This document shows positions 8,689 through 18,019 of a stretch of 64,000 nt of DNA, piece by piece; positions within the stretch are counted from its first letter, which is position 1; each line of letters begins with the position of its first letter. The translations under genes and the position numbers were made by a program. The DNA lies in NCBI GenBank assembly GCA_033717875.1, contig JADDKJ010000001.1, positions 27,551 to 91,550 of the forward strand, given 5' to 3'. The DNA comes from Gammaproteobacteria bacterium (lineage in GTDB: Bacteria > Pseudomonadota > Gammaproteobacteria > Ga0077554 > Ga007554). The notes below the pieces were generated by a model. The model made no database searches, was not told the origin of the DNA, and saw only the letters and a list, made by a program, of their open reading frames with translations.

Positions 8689-8883
8689 TCAAGCCCTTTT
8701 GGCCCGCCACCCCACCCCTCCTTGCAAGTTGTAACTGATCTGTATCTTCCTCTCGGCTACTCTGCGCCCTCTGTTTTCAGGTTTGGCATCGTGTTCGCGG
8801 ATGGCTCATCCCAACCTGGTATGGCCGGGTGAAATTGAGTGGTGGATATCGGTAATTTCAATCAATACACAAGGAGTGTCGTT

Positions 8884-10992
8884 ATGAATGACGAGATCAA
8901 AAAGGCTGTCCAGAAGTCACAAACGGTGTTGCAAGAGGCTCATCCAAAGGAGCGGGGAGCATTCAAGACATTGCTGATTTCCAACCCCAATTACTTCGGC
9001 AATCTTGCGGAAAGCACATTCACACCGATTCTACCGATCTGTTGCAACACGCATTACGAGTCGCTCGGTTGCGTGGGCTATCATCCGCAGAAGGAATATC
9101 TCGAAGCCGTGGTTTACATCTATCAGCCGACGGGTTACGGCAGCGATATTTGCGGTTCCGGCACCGCGGAGTATGTGCGCTTTTATCTGTCCTTCGACAA
9201 TGGTGCGACGTGGGGTGATCAGGGCATGACCAGTTTCCAGGCCCACAACATTCCAGAGGGCACTGAAGGCGGTAAGCGTCTGGAGTATGCGGTTTCGTTG
9301 AAGGTCGATCCGAACCGCAAGCTATGTTTTCTCAATCATCTGATCCTGGTGCGGGCGATTCTTTCATGGAACAATCCTCCGCCGCCGAATCAGCCGAACT
9401 GGAAGCCAGTATGGGGCAATGTGCGCGAGGAGGTCATCCAGGTCGAGCCGCGCCGGCTGATTTTTTGGCCCGATCTATTCACGGCGGCCAAGGCCAAGCT
9501 GCCGCCGCTGTTCTCCGAGGTGCTCGATCTCGAAACCCCTGTGCCCACCAAGACGAAGAGTCTGGGGGCGATGGAATTGTCCGTGCTGTATAAAGGCAAG
9601 GGTGTGCCGGTGCACCGTTTCGCTTTCAAGGAGCTTTCGGCATTCGCCAGCGGCAATACAACACTGAGCGCGGAGGCGTTTACGAAACTGTTGCCGGGCA
9701 TTCAGATCGATCCGTCCCTCGGCGATCTCCTGTTCCCCAAGACTGATGGCGACACCAGCTTTGAAGAGCTCAAGTGCATCGGGCTGGATCCCAACATGCC
9801 GGATACCCTGGTGGGCGTGATCCAGGTCAAGAAGTCCTCGGGTTTTTCCGGTGGGCCTTGCACCGATGGCAGCCGTGAGTATGTGACCTTCTGGGGTGAC
9901 TTCGATGGCAACGGCACGTTCGAGACGTGTCTTGGCACTGCCAGCGTGCGCGTTTACGATCTTCCCGTTCCGTCTGGCGGCGTGTATTACGCCGTGCGTT
10001 TGCCGGTCGATCTCAGCCCGTATCGCCAACCCTGCAAAAAGGGACCGCGCGTCGTGCGCATCCGTGCCATTCTGTCGTGGAACGACCCCGTGCCTTGCGC
10101 CAACCCGAACCAGGTGCCGACGTGGGGTAACCGCGAGGAGACGCTGATCAACATCGCGCCGTCTGCGCTGGCGCCGGCGGGCAAGATCGCCATTCTCGGC
10201 GGTATTCCGACGGGAGAAATCCACAACGTGACAGGCTTGACTACACCCGCCGCGGCATTCGCCACCAATGGCCAGCAAGCTGATCCGCTCGGCAGGCCGT
10301 GTCCTTTCGCGGGTATTGTAACGGTGCAGGGATTTCCTATCGTGGGTTACAGCTATGTCGTCGAAGTCAGCGAGGATGGTTCGGCGTGGACGCCGGTATT
10401 GGCGGATCTGGATGTGGTAGACCAGAACGGCGACAGCTACCCCGACATCCCGAAGCACAAGGCCAATCCGGTCACCAAGCGTTTCGATTATCTGCCGTCC
10501 AATAAGAACGTAAATAATCTGCTCGCCCAGTGGAGCACGTCGGGCGACGCCAAGTGGTATGTCAGACTATCCATCTATGATGGCGGCGGTGTTCTGCAAG
10601 GCGCGGATACCCATGTCATCCAGCTTGACAATACCTGGCCGGAGGCGTCGATCGACATCACCATCGGCGCCGGAAACTGCGGCAAATTCCAGCCGGGCAC
10701 GGTACTCTCCGGCAACTTCGTCGCGCGTGACGACTACCTCGGCAGCTACAGCCTGAGCGTCGAACCCGTGATCAACGACCCTGGCGAGGCGATACCGAGT
10801 CCCAGCTCGGGTAATGTGCAAACTGCCCCCGTACCGGGCGATGTCTGGACGCTCGACACTACGGGAATGAAGCCTTGCGGTTACATAATCCGTGTCGTCG
10901 CCGTGGATCGCGCCATCGTCAATAGCCAATGGGTGGGGCATCCTGATTCGGAAAGCGCGGGCTTTTGCCTGGAAGAGCCGATGAAAGAGTGA
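8884..10992 (+). CDS. large hypothetical protein (702 aa) with an internally duplicated domain of about 150 aa; no family recognised
   Basis: RBS aaggag at 8870-8875 and ATG at 8884. Two tandem homologous segments share C.G..P...EYV.F..FD...T...YAV.L.VD...C...R.RAILSWN.P.P..PN..P.WGN.EE. No signal peptide is evident. Confidence 0.7.
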   Translation: MNDEIKKAVQKSQTVLQEAHPKERGAFKTLLISNPNYFGNLAESTFTPILPICCNTHYESLGCVGYHPQKEYLEAVVYIYQPTGYGSDICGSGTAEYVRFYLSFDNGATWGDQGMTSFQAHNIPEGTEGGKRLEYAVSLKVDPNRKLCFLNHLILVRAILSWNNPPPPNQPNWKPVWGNVREEVIQVEPRRLIFWPDLFTAAKAKLPPLFSEVLDLETPVPTKTKSLGAMELSVLYKGKGVPVHRFAFKELSAFASGNTTLSAEAFTKLLPGIQIDPSLGDLLFPKTDGDTSFEELKCIGLDPNMPDTLVGVIQVKKSSGFSGGPCTDGSREYVTFWGDFDGNGTFETCLGTASVRVYDLPVPSGGVYYAVRLPVDLSPYRQPCKKGPRVVRIRAILSWNDPVPCANPNQVPTWGNREETLINIAPSALAPAGKIAILGGIPTGEIHNVTGLTTPAAAFATNGQQADPLGRPCPFAGIVTVQGFPIVGYSYVVEVSEDGSAWTPVLADLDVVDQNGDSYPDIPKHKANPVTKRFDYLPSNKNVNNLLAQWSTSGDAKWYVRLSIYDGGGVLQGADTHVIQLDNTWPEASIDITIGAGNCGKFQPGTVLSGNFVARDDYLGSYSLSVEPVINDPGEAIPSPSSGNVQTAPVPGDVWTLDTTGMKPCGYIIRVVAVDRAIVNSQWVGHPDSESAGFCLEEPMKE

Positions 10993-11009
10993 GGGTGATC
11001 TAATGGTGC

Positions 11010-11053
11010 CCCGGTAGTCCTGGAGCTTTTTCGTGTTCTCCAGGACTACCGGG
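11010..11053. terminator. bidirectional terminator hairpin (cccggtagtcctggag / ctccaggactaccggg) between convergent genes
   Basis: A 16-bp perfect inverted repeat with T-rich flanks. Confidence 0.6.
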
Positions 11054-11117
11054 TTTCCTTATTTTCGTGGTTTTTCGTCGAAGATAGTGTGGGTTGTTCT
11101 TTTCGAGGCAATCAATA

Positions 11118-11199
11118 GATCGTCATTACCCTCACCCCAACTCTCTCCCGCACGCGGGAGAGGGGGTGGGAAGCGCGGATGTATTTGATCGCCGGGTTG
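11118..11199. repeat. structured intergenic repeat (tcattaccctcacccc...ctctcccgcacgcgggagag...tgtatttgatcgccgggtt), copy 1
   Basis: A second copy lies at 22801-22886. The central hairpin differs between copies, but the changes partly preserve base pairing. Confidence 0.7.
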
Positions 11200-11214
11200 G
11201 TGGCTTATCCCGTC

Positions 11215-12036
11215 TCAAATATCCCGCAACAATTCATTAATCCCCACTTTGCCCCGCGTTTTCTCGTCCACTTGTTTGACGATCACGGCGCAGTAGAGGC
11301 TGTATTTGCCGTCGGAGGAAGGCAGGTTGCCGGAGACGACCACGGAGCCCGTGGGTACGCGGCCGTAGAGGATTTCGCCGGTCATGCGGTTGTAGATGCG
11401 GGTGCTGGCGCCGATGTAGACGCCCATCGAGATGACCGAGCCTTCTTCGACGATGACGCCTTCCACGACTTCGGAGCGGGCGCCGATGAAGCAGTTGTCT
11501 TCGATGATGGTGGGGCCGGCCTGGACCGGCTCGAGGACGCCGCCGATGCCGACACCGCCGGAGAGGTGGACGTTTTTGCCGATCTGGGCGCAGGAGCCGA
11601 CGGTGGCCCAGGTGTCGACCATGGTGCCGCTATCGACATAGGCGCCAATGTTGACGTAGGAGGGCATCAACACCACGCCAGGGGCGATGTAGGCGCCTTT
11701 GCGCGCCGAGGCGGGTGGCACCACGCGCACGCCGCTGGCGCGGAAGTCGCGCGGGCTGTAGTCGGCGAACTTGGGTTGCACTTTGTCGTAGTAGTTGGTG
11801 AAGCCGCCCTTCATGAAGCTGTTGTCTTCGATGCGGAAGGAGAGCAGCACGGCTTTTTTCAACCATTGGTTGACGATCCATTGGCCGTCTTTTTTCTCCG
11901 CGACGCGCGCGGCACCGCTGTCGAGCCGTTGGATGGCTTCGGTAATGGCTTCCTTGACCAGCGTGTCCACGTTGCGCGGCGTGATCTCGGCGCGGCGTTC
12001 GAAGGCATCTTCGATGATTTGTTTGATGTCGTTCAT
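11215..12036 (-). CDS. dapD: 2,3,4,5-tetrahydropyridine-2,6-dicarboxylate N-succinyltransferase
   Basis: DapD-like length with hexapeptide-repeat (LbH) sequence. Confidence 0.85.
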   Translation of the reverse strand: MNDIKQIIEDAFERRAEITPRNVDTLVKEAITEAIQRLDSGAARVAEKKDGQWIVNQWLKKAVLLSFRIEDNSFMKGGFTNYYDKVQPKFADYSPRDFRASGVRVVPPASARKGAYIAPGVVLMPSYVNIGAYVDSGTMVDTWATVGSCAQIGKNVHLSGGVGIGGVLEPVQAGPTIIEDNCFIGARSEVVEGVIVEEGSVISMGVYIGASTRIYNRMTGEILYGRVPTGSVVVSGNLPSSDGKYSLYCAVIVKQVDEKTRGKVGINELLRDI

Positions 12037-12042
12037 GTGATC

Positions 12043-12095
12043 TCCGGGGTGTTAAGGAAACGCTGCATAATTCCATCCTGGAATTTTCAGCGCAC
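12043..12095 (-). repeat. 45-bp intergenic repeat, copy c (reverse orientation)
   Basis: Its reverse complement matches the 1021-1066 unit. Together with 12180-12212 it forms an inverted pair spanning the dapD-dapC spacer. Confidence 0.7.
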
Positions 12096-12179
12096 GAAAA
12101 GCGAAAATGTGATTTTTGCTTTTCTTCATTTTCAATGGCTGGTCGCCATCGAAAATGGCGGCACGTCCATGTGCCGCGC

Positions 12180-12212
12180 GGAAGCGCTAATAAATCAGCG
12201 CTTCCTTAATGA
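12180..12212 (+). repeat. 45-bp repeat, partial copy e (terminal motif cagcgcttccttaa)
   Basis: The end motif TTAAGGAAGCGCTG is inverted relative to the 12043 end. Confidence 0.55.
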
Positions 12213-13392
12213 AATTTCGGATTCGTTCCGCCGCCTCGATACATTCCTCCAGTGGCTCGACCAGCGCCATGCGAACGCGGTTATGGCCGGGGTCGATGCC
12301 GTGCGCCTCGCGCGACAGGAAGCTGCCGGGCAGTACGGTGACGTTGTGCCGGGCGTAGAGTCCGCGCGCGAATTCGGTGTCGTCGATGGGTGTGCGCGGC
12401 CAGAGATAAAAACTGGCGGGGGGGCGCCGCACGTCCATGACGGGTTGCAGGACATTCAGCACGGCGTCGAATTTCCGTCGGTAGAGCGCGCGGTTGTGCT
12501 GGACGTGCTGCTCGTCGTTCCACGCCACGGTGGAGGCGGCCTGGGTCGGCGGCGGCATGGCGCAGCCGTGGTAGGTGCGGTAAAGGTGAAAGCGCTCTAT
12601 GATCGCCGCGTCGCCCGCGACAAAGCCGGAGCGCAGGCCGGGTACATTGGAGCGTTTCGACAGGCTGTGAAATACGATGCAACGCCGGTGGTCATTGCGT
12701 CCCATGCGGGCGCAGGCTTCCAGCAGTCCCGGCGGTGGCGCGTTCTCGTCGAGATAGATCTCCGAATAGCATTCGTCGGAGGCGATGACGAAATCGTGTT
12801 CGTCGGCGAGTTGGATTAGTTTCTGTAATGTGGCAATATCCAGCACCGCGCCGGTGGGGTTGCCCGGGGAGCAGATGTAGAGCAACTGGCAGCGCGCCCA
12901 TACCCGCGGTGGCACGGCGTCGAAATCGGGGATGAAGCCGGTGTCCGCCGTGGTGTTCATGAACCAGGGTTCGGCGCCGGCGAGCAAGGCCGCGCCTTCG
13001 TAGATCTGGTAAAAGGGGTTGGGCATCAGGATCAGCGGATCTGCGCCGCGCTCGACGATGCACTGGGCGAAGGCGAACAGCGCTTCGCGCGTGCCGTTGA
13101 CCGGCAGCACCTGGCGCTCGGGGTCGACGCCGCCGGTGGCGAGATTGAAGCGCCGCGCCAGCCATGCCGCGATGGTCTGGCGCAACGCCGCGCCGCCGCG
13201 CGTGAGCGGATAGCTGGACAGTCCATGCAGATGCGTGATGATCTCCTCGGCGATGAAGCCCGGCGTGTCGTGTTTGGGCTCGCCGATGTAGAGACCGATG
13301 GGGGACAGTCCGGCGGGTGGCGTGACGCCGGCCTTGAGGCGCGCCAGTTTTTCGAAGGGATAGGGTTGCAGCCGGGCAAGGTCAGGATTCAT
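12187..13392 (-). CDS. dapC: N-succinyldiaminopimelate aminotransferase (class I PLP aminotransferase)
   Basis: Aminotransferase class I motifs (SLSKRSN, PGNPTG). The ATG at 13392-13390 (MNPDLARLQPYPFEKL) fits better than the track extension to 13818. Confidence 0.75.
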   Translation of the reverse strand: MNPDLARLQPYPFEKLARLKAGVTPPAGLSPIGLYIGEPKHDTPGFIAEEIITHLHGLSSYPLTRGGAALRQTIAAWLARRFNLATGGVDPERQVLPVNGTREALFAFAQCIVERGADPLILMPNPFYQIYEGAALLAGAEPWFMNTTADTGFIPDFDAVPPRVWARCQLLYICSPGNPTGAVLDIATLQKLIQLADEHDFVIASDECYSEIYLDENAPPPGLLEACARMGRNDHRRCIVFHSLSKRSNVPGLRSGFVAGDAAIIERFHLYRTYHGCAMPPPTQAASTVAWNDEQHVQHNRALYRRKFDAVLNVLQPVMDVRRPPASFYLWPRTPIDDTEFARGLYARHNVTVLPGSFLSREAHGIDPGHNRVRMALVEPLEECIEAAERIRNFIKEALIY

Positions 13393-13467
13393 GAATAAAA
13401 TGCCGATAACTACAGAGGAAGTGTGTTTCGCCGTGAGTCTTGAATGCGTAGTATAGGACATCCCGTC

Positions 13468-14367
13468 ATGCCTTCCAAACTCAAATCGCTGCTTCCCGCC
13501 AATCTGCCTGTGGCCGCGCTGCTGCTGGCGGCGATGATGTGGGGTATTTTCTGGTATCCCTTGCGTTTGCTGGAAGAGCACGGCCTGCATGGGTTGTGGG
13601 CCACGCTGCTGATCTTCGCCTCGGCGCTGCTGGTTGGATTGCCGGTGTTGTGGCGGCGGCGCGGCGAGTTTGTCCGTCATCGCTGGATGCTGCTGTGGAT
13701 CGCTCTCGCCAACGGCTGGTGCAATACCGCCTTCATTCTCGCTGTGCTCGACGGCACGGTGGTGAGGGTGCTGCTGCTGTTTTATCTTTCGCCGCTGTGG
13801 ACCATCATGCTTGGCCATTTCCTGCTCAAGGAAAAGCCGTCGCGCTTTGCCTTGACGGCCCTGGCGCTGGCCATGGTCGGGATGGTAATCACCATCTGGG
13901 AGCCTGAATTGGGTTTTCCCTGGCCCGAGGGCAGGGCGGACTGGCTGGCGATTTCATCGGGACTCGCCTTTGCCCTGTCGAATGTACTGGTACGCAAGGC
14001 GCAGGAGGTGGCTATCCCGATCAAGACAGTGACGACCTGGGGCGGCGTGGTGGGCGTGGCCGGGGCATGGGCGATGCTGAGTGGGGTGTCTGTGCCCGAT
14101 ATCGGGGCCGGCGTCTACGCCAGTGTTTTCGCCATCGGTGTGCTCGGGATCGTGCTGATGACGGTGGCGGTGCAATATGGCGTCGCCAACATGCCGGTGC
14201 ATCGTTCTTCGGTGATCTTGCTGTCGGAGGTTGTGGCCGGCGCCGTTTCCGCGCAGTTATTGACCAATGAAGTGGTGTTGCCCAGAGAGTGGATAGGCGG
14301 GGCGCTGATTTTGCTGGCGGGGTGGTTTAGTACGCGGGAGGAGAGGAATGGCAAGGATCAGGCCTGA
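13468..14367 (+). CDS. EamA/DMT-family transporter
   Basis: About 10 predicted TM helices with EamA-like repeats. The start could be either 13444 or 13468. Confidence 0.7.
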   Translation: MPSKLKSLLPANLPVAALLLAAMMWGIFWYPLRLLEEHGLHGLWATLLIFASALLVGLPVLWRRRGEFVRHRWMLLWIALANGWCNTAFILAVLDGTVVRVLLLFYLSPLWTIMLGHFLLKEKPSRFALTALALAMVGMVITIWEPELGFPWPEGRADWLAISSGLAFALSNVLVRKAQEVAIPIKTVTTWGGVVGVAGAWAMLSGVSVPDIGAGVYASVFAIGVLGIVLMTVAVQYGVANMPVHRSSVILLSEVVAGAVSAQLLTNEVVLPREWIGGALILLAGWFSTREERNGKDQA

Positions 14368-14418
14368 AAACCCCGATTGGAACCTGCCGTGAAAAAACCG
14401 GGTTGTGTGCTCCGCACG

Positions 14419-14455
14419 CTTGGCGGGTTACGCAAGAAACGCTAATCCGCCCTAT
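14419..14455. repeat. REP-like palindromic element copy
   Basis: cttggcgggttacgcaagaaacgctaatccgccctat matches the 6434-6474 family. Confidence 0.75.
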
Positions 14456-14621
14456 GATCAATCCGGCAATCAAATTCGTCCGCTTTTCCAGCCTTTCTCC
14501 CAGGTGTATCTATGGACTCCACCCGTTTTGCAAGGAGAAGGTGGCCGCGCTCATCCTTGCCCGCAGCGTAGAAAACATTCTTGGCAATATCCAAACCAAT
14601 CATGGTTGCGGTATGCTTCAT
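14442..14621 (-). pseudogene. IS110-family transposase N-terminal remnant (first ~33 codons only)
   Basis: Translated on the minus strand with RBS ggaggag: MKHTATMIGLDIAKNVFYAAGKDERGHLLLAKRV..., matching the IGIDLAKNVFQ-type N-terminus of IS110/IS1111 DEDD transposases. The remaining codons are unrelated and run into the REP element. This ORF is not in the supplied ORF track. Confidence 0.5.
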
Positions 14622-14738
14622 CTCGGACTCCTCCTGTTTCGTTCAGCCGGTGACCTTTTCACCCGCTTGACACACTACGATGCCGTAGAGGAAGGGTGGA
14701 GTCCGTTACATTAGGGTGTGCCGCGCGCCCCTCCTGCG

Positions 14739-15173
14739 TTACGCGGTTTTCCCCTTGTCCAGTATCGCCATCGTCACGCGGCTGATGCAGACGAGTTTGC
14801 CGGTTTCGTCTTCGATTCTCACATCCCAGACCTGGGTCGATCTGCCGCGGTGGAGCGGTTTGCAGATGCCGGACACCCAGCCGCCGGCCACGCTCCGTAT
14901 GTGATTGGCGTTGATTTCCAGGCCCACCATGTTTTGCCGTTGCGGGTCGATGCACAAAAAGGCCGCCCAACTGGCCAGGCTTTCCGCCAGCACGCACGAT
15001 GCGCCGCCGTGCAGCAGTCCGAACGGCATTTTGGTCCGCTCGTCCACCGGCATTCTCGCCCGGATGTAATCCTCGCCCAGCTCCTGGAGTTCGATGCCAA
15101 GGTGCCGGGTGAGGTGTTTGTTCGTCAGCGTGGCGATTTCTTCCAGGATGTAGGGCTTGAACCAGATGCTCAT
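14739..15173 (-). CDS. PaaI-family hotdog-fold thioesterase
   Basis: 144 aa, matching the hotdog/PaaI family. Confidence 0.7.
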   Translation of the reverse strand: MSIWFKPYILEEIATLTNKHLTRHLGIELQELGEDYIRARMPVDERTKMPFGLLHGGASCVLAESLASWAAFLCIDPQRQNMVGLEINANHIRSVAGGWVSGICKPLHRGRSTQVWDVRIEDETGKLVCISRVTMAILDKGKTA

Positions 15174-15176
15174 GTT

Positions 15177-16463
15177 CTACACCTCGCTTTGCAGTTCATG
15201 AACAAGCTTCCCCGCCAGCAGAGTATGCGTCACCCGTCCCTTGAATTCCCAGCCCATGAACGGGGTGTTGAGGCCGCGGCTGAGCAGGGTGGCGGGGGTG
15301 ATTTCCCAGTAGCGCTGCGGGTCGAAGATGCAAATGTCGGCGTGCGCGCCGAGGGTCAGTGTGCCGGCTTCGATGCCGAGGATGCGGGCCGGGTGGATGG
15401 TGAGCGCCGCCAGGGCGTCATTCAGCGGCAGCACATCTTCGTCCACCAGCCGCAAGACGAGCGGCAGCAGGGTTTCGAGGGCGGAGATGCCTGGCGCGGT
15501 GGCGCTGAAGGGGGCGAGTTTGGCGTCCGGTTCATGTGGCTGGTGGTCGGAACAAATGGCCGATATCGTATCGCGCGCCAACGCCGCGCGCAGTCCGTCG
15601 CGGTCGCGCTGGGTGCGCAGCGGCGGGACGACATGGCACTGGCTGTTGAAATCGGCGACATCCATTTCCGTCAGGTAGAGCTGGTGCGCGGCCACATCGG
15701 CGCTCACCGGCAGGCCATCGTAGCGCGCCCGCGCGATCATGCGCGCGGCGCGCGCGGTGGACAGGCGGCAGAAGTGCGCGCGCACGCCGGTCTGTTCGAT
15801 AAGCACGAGCTGCTGGGCCACAGCGGCGGTTTCGGCGGATTCCGGGATGGCGGGCAGGCCAAGGCGGGTGCTCACTGCGCCTTCGTGCATGCAGCCGTTG
15901 TTGCGCAGCCATTCATCTTCGGGGTGCAGGAATACCGTCAGGCCATGCGTGGCGGCGTATTCCATGGCGCAGCGCAGCAGATGGGTATTAGTGATCGGCG
16001 CCAAGGCGTTGCTGACGCCGATGCAGCCGGCTTCCTTGAGGGCGGCCATTTCGCTCAGGCTTGCTCCAGCCAGTCCCTGCGTGAGTGCGCCGAGCGGGAC
16101 GATGCGCGCCTGGCCGGCGGCCGTGGCGCGGCTGCGGATGAGTTCGGCGACGGCCGGGGTGTCGATGATGGGGTTGGTGTCCGGCGGGCAGCACAGGGTG
16201 GTGATGCCGGCGCTGGCGGCGGCGCGGGTTTCGCTGGCGATGGTCGCCTTGTGTTCCTCGCCGGGCTCGCGCAGCCGCGCGCTGAGATCGACCAGACCGG
16301 GGCAGACGATCAGGCTGCTGGCGTCGATCTCGCGGTCGGCGCGAAAACCGGCCGGCGTATCGCCGACGGAATGAATGCGTCCGTCCGCGATGCAGACATC
16401 CTGTACGCCATCGACGGCATTGGCGGGATCGATAACGCGGCCGTTGGTAATGCGCAGACGCAT
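15177..16463 (-). CDS. pyrC': dihydroorotase-like non-catalytic protein PyrC' (subunit associated with aspartate transcarbamoylase)
   Basis: DHOase fold, but the N-terminal metal-binding HxH is replaced (VDLSARLREPG where active enzymes have VDxHVHxRxPG). It shares a TGATG overlap with the pyrB stop. Confidence 0.7.
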   Translation of the reverse strand: MRLRITNGRVIDPANAVDGVQDVCIADGRIHSVGDTPAGFRADREIDASSLIVCPGLVDLSARLREPGEEHKATIASETRAAASAGITTLCCPPDTNPIIDTPAVAELIRSRATAAGQARIVPLGALTQGLAGASLSEMAALKEAGCIGVSNALAPITNTHLLRCAMEYAATHGLTVFLHPEDEWLRNNGCMHEGAVSTRLGLPAIPESAETAAVAQQLVLIEQTGVRAHFCRLSTARAARMIARARYDGLPVSADVAAHQLYLTEMDVADFNSQCHVVPPLRTQRDRDGLRAALARDTISAICSDHQPHEPDAKLAPFSATAPGISALETLLPLVLRLVDEDVLPLNDALAALTIHPARILGIEAGTLTLGAHADICIFDPQRYWEITPATLLSRGLNTPFMGWEFKGRVTHTLLAGKLVHELQSEV

Positions 16464-17443
16464 CAGGCAATGACTCCTTCAGGGTTGGCGTGGGATGATA
16501 TGGTCATGGACATGATCGCCATGCGCACCGCGATGCCGTGCGTGACCTGCTCCAGAATCACCGAACGCGGGCCGTCGGCCACGGTGGAGTCGATTTCGAC
16601 GCCGCGATTGATGGGGCCGGGGTGCATGACGATGGCATCCGGCTTGGCATAGGCCAGTGTTTCCCCGGTCAGGCCATAACGTTGGAAATATTCGTGCTCG
16701 CTGGGCAGCAGCGCGCCGCGCATGCGCTCATGTTGCAGGCGCAGCATGATGATCACGTCGACATCGCGCAGTCCCCCGCGCAGGTCGTGATAGACATGCA
16801 CGCCGAGGGCTTCGGCCTCGGCGGGGATCAACGTTTCCGGGCCGATGACGCGCACCTCGTTAACGCCCAGCGTGGTCAGCGCATGAATCTGTGAGCGCGC
16901 CACGCGCGAATGCAGGATGTCGCCGACGATGGCGACGTTGAGCGGCGCGAATTCCTTTTTGTGGCGGCGGATGGTGAACATGTCCAGCATCGCCTGCGTG
17001 GGATGGGCATGGCGGCCGTCGCCGGCGTTGATCACGCTGATGTGCGGCGCGACGTGCCGGGCGATGAAGTGCGCCGCGCCGCTGCGGTCGTGACGCACCA
17101 CGAACATGTCGCAGTGCATCGCTTCCAGGTTGTGCAGCGTGTCGAGCAGCGATTCGCCCTTGCTGGTGGCGCTCGCCGCGACGTTGATGTTGAGCACGTC
17201 GGCGGACAAGCGTTTGGCGGCCAGCTCGAAGGTGGTGCGGGTGCGCGTGCTGGATTCGAAAAACAGGTTGACGATGGTCTTGCCGCGCAGCAGCGGCACT
17301 TTCTTCACGGTTTGTTCGGCGACGCCGGAGAAGGATTCGGCGGTGTCGAGTATTTCCACCAGGAGCTTGCGGCTCAGGCCCTCGATAGTGAGGAAGTGGC
17401 GCAGGCGGCCGTTCTTGTCGAGTTGGATATTGTGGCGTTTCAT
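16463..17443 (-). CDS. pyrB: aspartate carbamoyltransferase catalytic subunit
   Basis: STRTR and HPxQ motifs. The ATG at 17443 ([17 protein letters not shown]) is the likely start; the track extension to 17605 is probably spurious. Confidence 0.85.
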   Translation of the reverse strand: MKRHNIQLDKNGRLRHFLTIEGLSRKLLVEILDTAESFSGVAEQTVKKVPLLRGKTIVNLFFESSTRTRTTFELAAKRLSADVLNINVAASATSKGESLLDTLHNLEAMHCDMFVVRHDRSGAAHFIARHVAPHISVINAGDGRHAHPTQAMLDMFTIRRHKKEFAPLNVAIVGDILHSRVARSQIHALTTLGVNEVRVIGPETLIPAEAEALGVHVYHDLRGGLRDVDVIIMLRLQHERMRGALLPSEHEYFQRYGLTGETLAYAKPDAIVMHPGPINRGVEIDSTVADGPRSVILEQVTHGIAVRMAIMSMTISSHANPEGVIA

Positions 17444-17510
17444 GGTTGCGATGGTGTCAACGATTCGCCGGATAGAATACCAGAACTTTCGCCGCCGTCT
17501 TCTCGAAAAA

Positions 17511-18017
17511 TCACCGCACCGTTTGCAGCTTGAGCGCCAGCGGTTCGGGGCCGGTGAGCTTGATGTGGGTATGACTGTCCAGCGCCAGATGCTGACCCGC
17601 CACATCGGCCTGGATCGGCAGTTCGCGTCCGCCGCGGTCGATCAGCACCGCCAGGGTGATCGCGGCGGGGCGGCCGTAATCGAAAATCTCGTTGAGCGCG
17701 GCGCGGATGGTGCGGCCGGTGTGGAGCACGTCATCGACCAGGATGATATGGCGATCATCGACGCTGAATGGCAGGTGCGAGGGTCTGACCTGGGGGTTGA
17801 TGCCGATGCGCACGAAATCGTCGCGGTAGAACGAAATGTCCAGGCTGCCGAGCGGTTGGGTCAGGCCCAGCAGGCCGTGCAGCCGCTGTGCCACCCACGC
17901 CCCGCCGGTATGGATGCCGACCATCGCCGGCTCGCGCACCTGGAGACTGTCCAGGCGGGCCTTGAGATTCTGCGCCATGGCGGCGAGCAGTTGATCGATG
18001 TCAGGGAGTGGAGTCAT
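17511..18017 (-). CDS. pyrR: bifunctional pyrimidine operon regulator / uracil phosphoribosyltransferase PyrR
   Basis: PRTase motif [12 protein letters not shown]. Confidence 0.85.
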   Translation of the reverse strand: MTPLPDIDQLLAAMAQNLKARLDSLQVREPAMVGIHTGGAWVAQRLHGLLGLTQPLGSLDISFYRDDFVRIGINPQVRPSHLPFSVDDRHIILVDDVLHTGRTIRAALNEIFDYGRPAAITLAVLIDRGGRELPIQADVAGQHLALDSHTHIKLTGPEPLALKLQTVR

Positions 18018-18019
18018 TG

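Noticed and set aside
9475-10458. A 327-aa minus-strand ORF inside the 702-aa gene, plus similar antisense ORFs at 11179-12819, 14718-16652, 23239-24210, 26457-27419, 38184-39866, 40745-41791 and 59141-60130
   Set aside because: They are GC-rich antisense artefacts opposite conserved genes, and their amino-acid composition (R, A, G, P) is typical of spurious frames.
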